From NCBI GenBank assembly GCA_963662335.2, contig CAXXVD010000002.1:498062-562061 (forward strand): a stretch of DNA of 64,000 bases, given 5' to 3'. Numbering within the stretch: the first letter of the stretch is position 1; each line of letters opens with the position of its first letter. Below the pieces are notes generated by a model. The model did no database searches and was not told the origin of the DNA. It saw only the letters and a list, made by a program, of their open reading frames with translations. A program made the position numbers and the translations under genes. Source of the DNA: Chloroflexota bacterium. GTDB lineage: Bacteria; Chloroflexota; UBA11872; VXOZ01. Positions 63,280 through 64,000 of this stretch are shown here, piece by piece.

Positions 63280-63336
63280 CCGGTAGCGCAGGTTTGCAAC
63301 CTGCGAGCTCTGGCGGGGGACAAGCCCCCGCGCTAC
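63280..63336. repeat. REP-C (63280-63305, +) and REP-A (63313-63336, -)
   Basis: CCGGTAGCGCAGGTTTGCAACCTGCG and GCGGGGGACAAGCCCCCGCGCTAC. The latter overlaps the stop codon of the next gene. Confidence 0.9.
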
Positions 63337-64000
63337 GGGGAGATAATCGCGCGGATGCGGTCCGCGACCAGTTCCGGCTTGTCGCCGTCCAGGTTGAGCG
63401 GATTGATGGAGACGCTGCCTTCCTGGGAGCCGTACTGGCTGACGGCTATGGCCGGGTCGTCGTCGAAGAGGCGATTGACCAGGTCGATCGCGGAAACGCC
63501 GTGCACGGATTCGTCCAGCGTGACGCGCAGGGTCGGATAGGACGTGCCGTCGCGTCCGACCACCTCGGTAGAAACGCCGGCCACGTCAGCGAGAGCATCG
63601 GCGATTGCGTCCAGGCGGCGCAGCCACTCCTGCCGCGCGGCGGCGTGGTCGCGGCTGACGTATTTCCGCACCGCCGCCAGCAGGCCGGCGATTTCCTCTT
63701 TGCCCACCTTCATGGGTCTGCCGATGCCCTGGAGCGGCGGGCCGAGCAGGCGGCCGCTGTCGAGCAATTGCTCGCGGAGCGTCCACGTTTCCGGCATCAC
63801 GTCCATGTCCTGGTGCTGGAGCGCCACCGAATCGATGAGGTCGCGGCGTCCCACCAGGATGCCGGAGGCTTGCGGGCCTTGGATCGCCTTGCCGCCGGAG
63901 AAGGAGACCAGGTCCGCGCCCGTGCCAATCAGGCCTTGCAAGTTTTCGGCGGGCGGCAGGCCGCCGGCCGCGTCCACGATCACGGGCACGCCGTGTTTGT
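63333..64000 (-). CDS. SelA-like PLP-dependent enzyme (DgaE/selenocysteine-synthase-related), N-terminus outside window
   Basis: KHGVPVIVDAAGG....DLVSFSGGKAIQGPQASGILVGRRDLI contains the PLP-lysine context of the SelA/DgaE family. The frame continues to the window edge. Confidence 0.6.
   Translation of the reverse strand, partial: KHGVPVIVDAAGGLPPAENLQGLIGTGADLVSFSGGKAIQGPQASGILVGRRDLIDSVALQHQDMDVMPETWTLREQLLDSGRLLGPPLQGIGRPMKVGKEEIAGLLAAVRKYVSRDHAAARQEWLRRLDAIADALADVAGVSTEVVGRDGTSYPTLRVTLDESVHGVSAIDLVNRLFDDDPAIAVSQYGSQEGSVSINPLNLDGDKPELVADRIRAIISP

Overview
High-GC (about 63-66% by eye) chromosomal window, densely coded and mostly housekeeping. It holds the 3' end of proS; a large Alu-domain SRP RNA gene followed by dnaX; dnaE; an LCP-family gene; tRNA-Gly(UCC); hisC; a membrane pyrophosphatase; smpB; and eda/kdgK. 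A complete tryptophan operon (trpE-G-D-C-F, an antitoxin-like ORF, trpS, trpB-A) sits behind a near-consensus promoter and a Trp (UGG) T-box leader. Transporters include LysE, an MFS protein, an orphan sugar-binding protein, and a FecBCD-type metal-chelate ABC system with three paralogous binding proteins and a CbiX-like/[2Fe-2S] fusion gene. There are also oxidoreductases, hydrolases and small TA-like modules (MazEF, a HicB/HicA-like pair, Uma2, a retropepsin pair). Accessory content is an 814-bp IS5-family (IS427-group) element with a CTAG target duplication, a decayed IS1595-type transposase, and a ~3.5-kb AT-richer islet beside the SRP RNA gene. The most unusual property is non-genic. Almost every intergenic spacer carries palindromic repeat units from at least six families, four of them starting with GTAG as in REP/RAYT systems. 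These units also build tandem arrays (55 bp x8, 28 bp x5), nested ~180-bp MITE-like elements (one inside the trp operon), and a pair of ~240-bp inverted composite blocks around tRNA-Gly and two genes. I found no CRISPR-cas, prophage, biosynthetic cluster or recognisable defence island. The best candidates for something undescribed are the repeat network, the three-receptor metal-chelate locus and the retropepsin two-gene module, and none is compelling on sequence alone. Product calls rest on motif recognition from the supplied translations; no searches were run. The lineage guess (Chloroflexota-like) is inference only.
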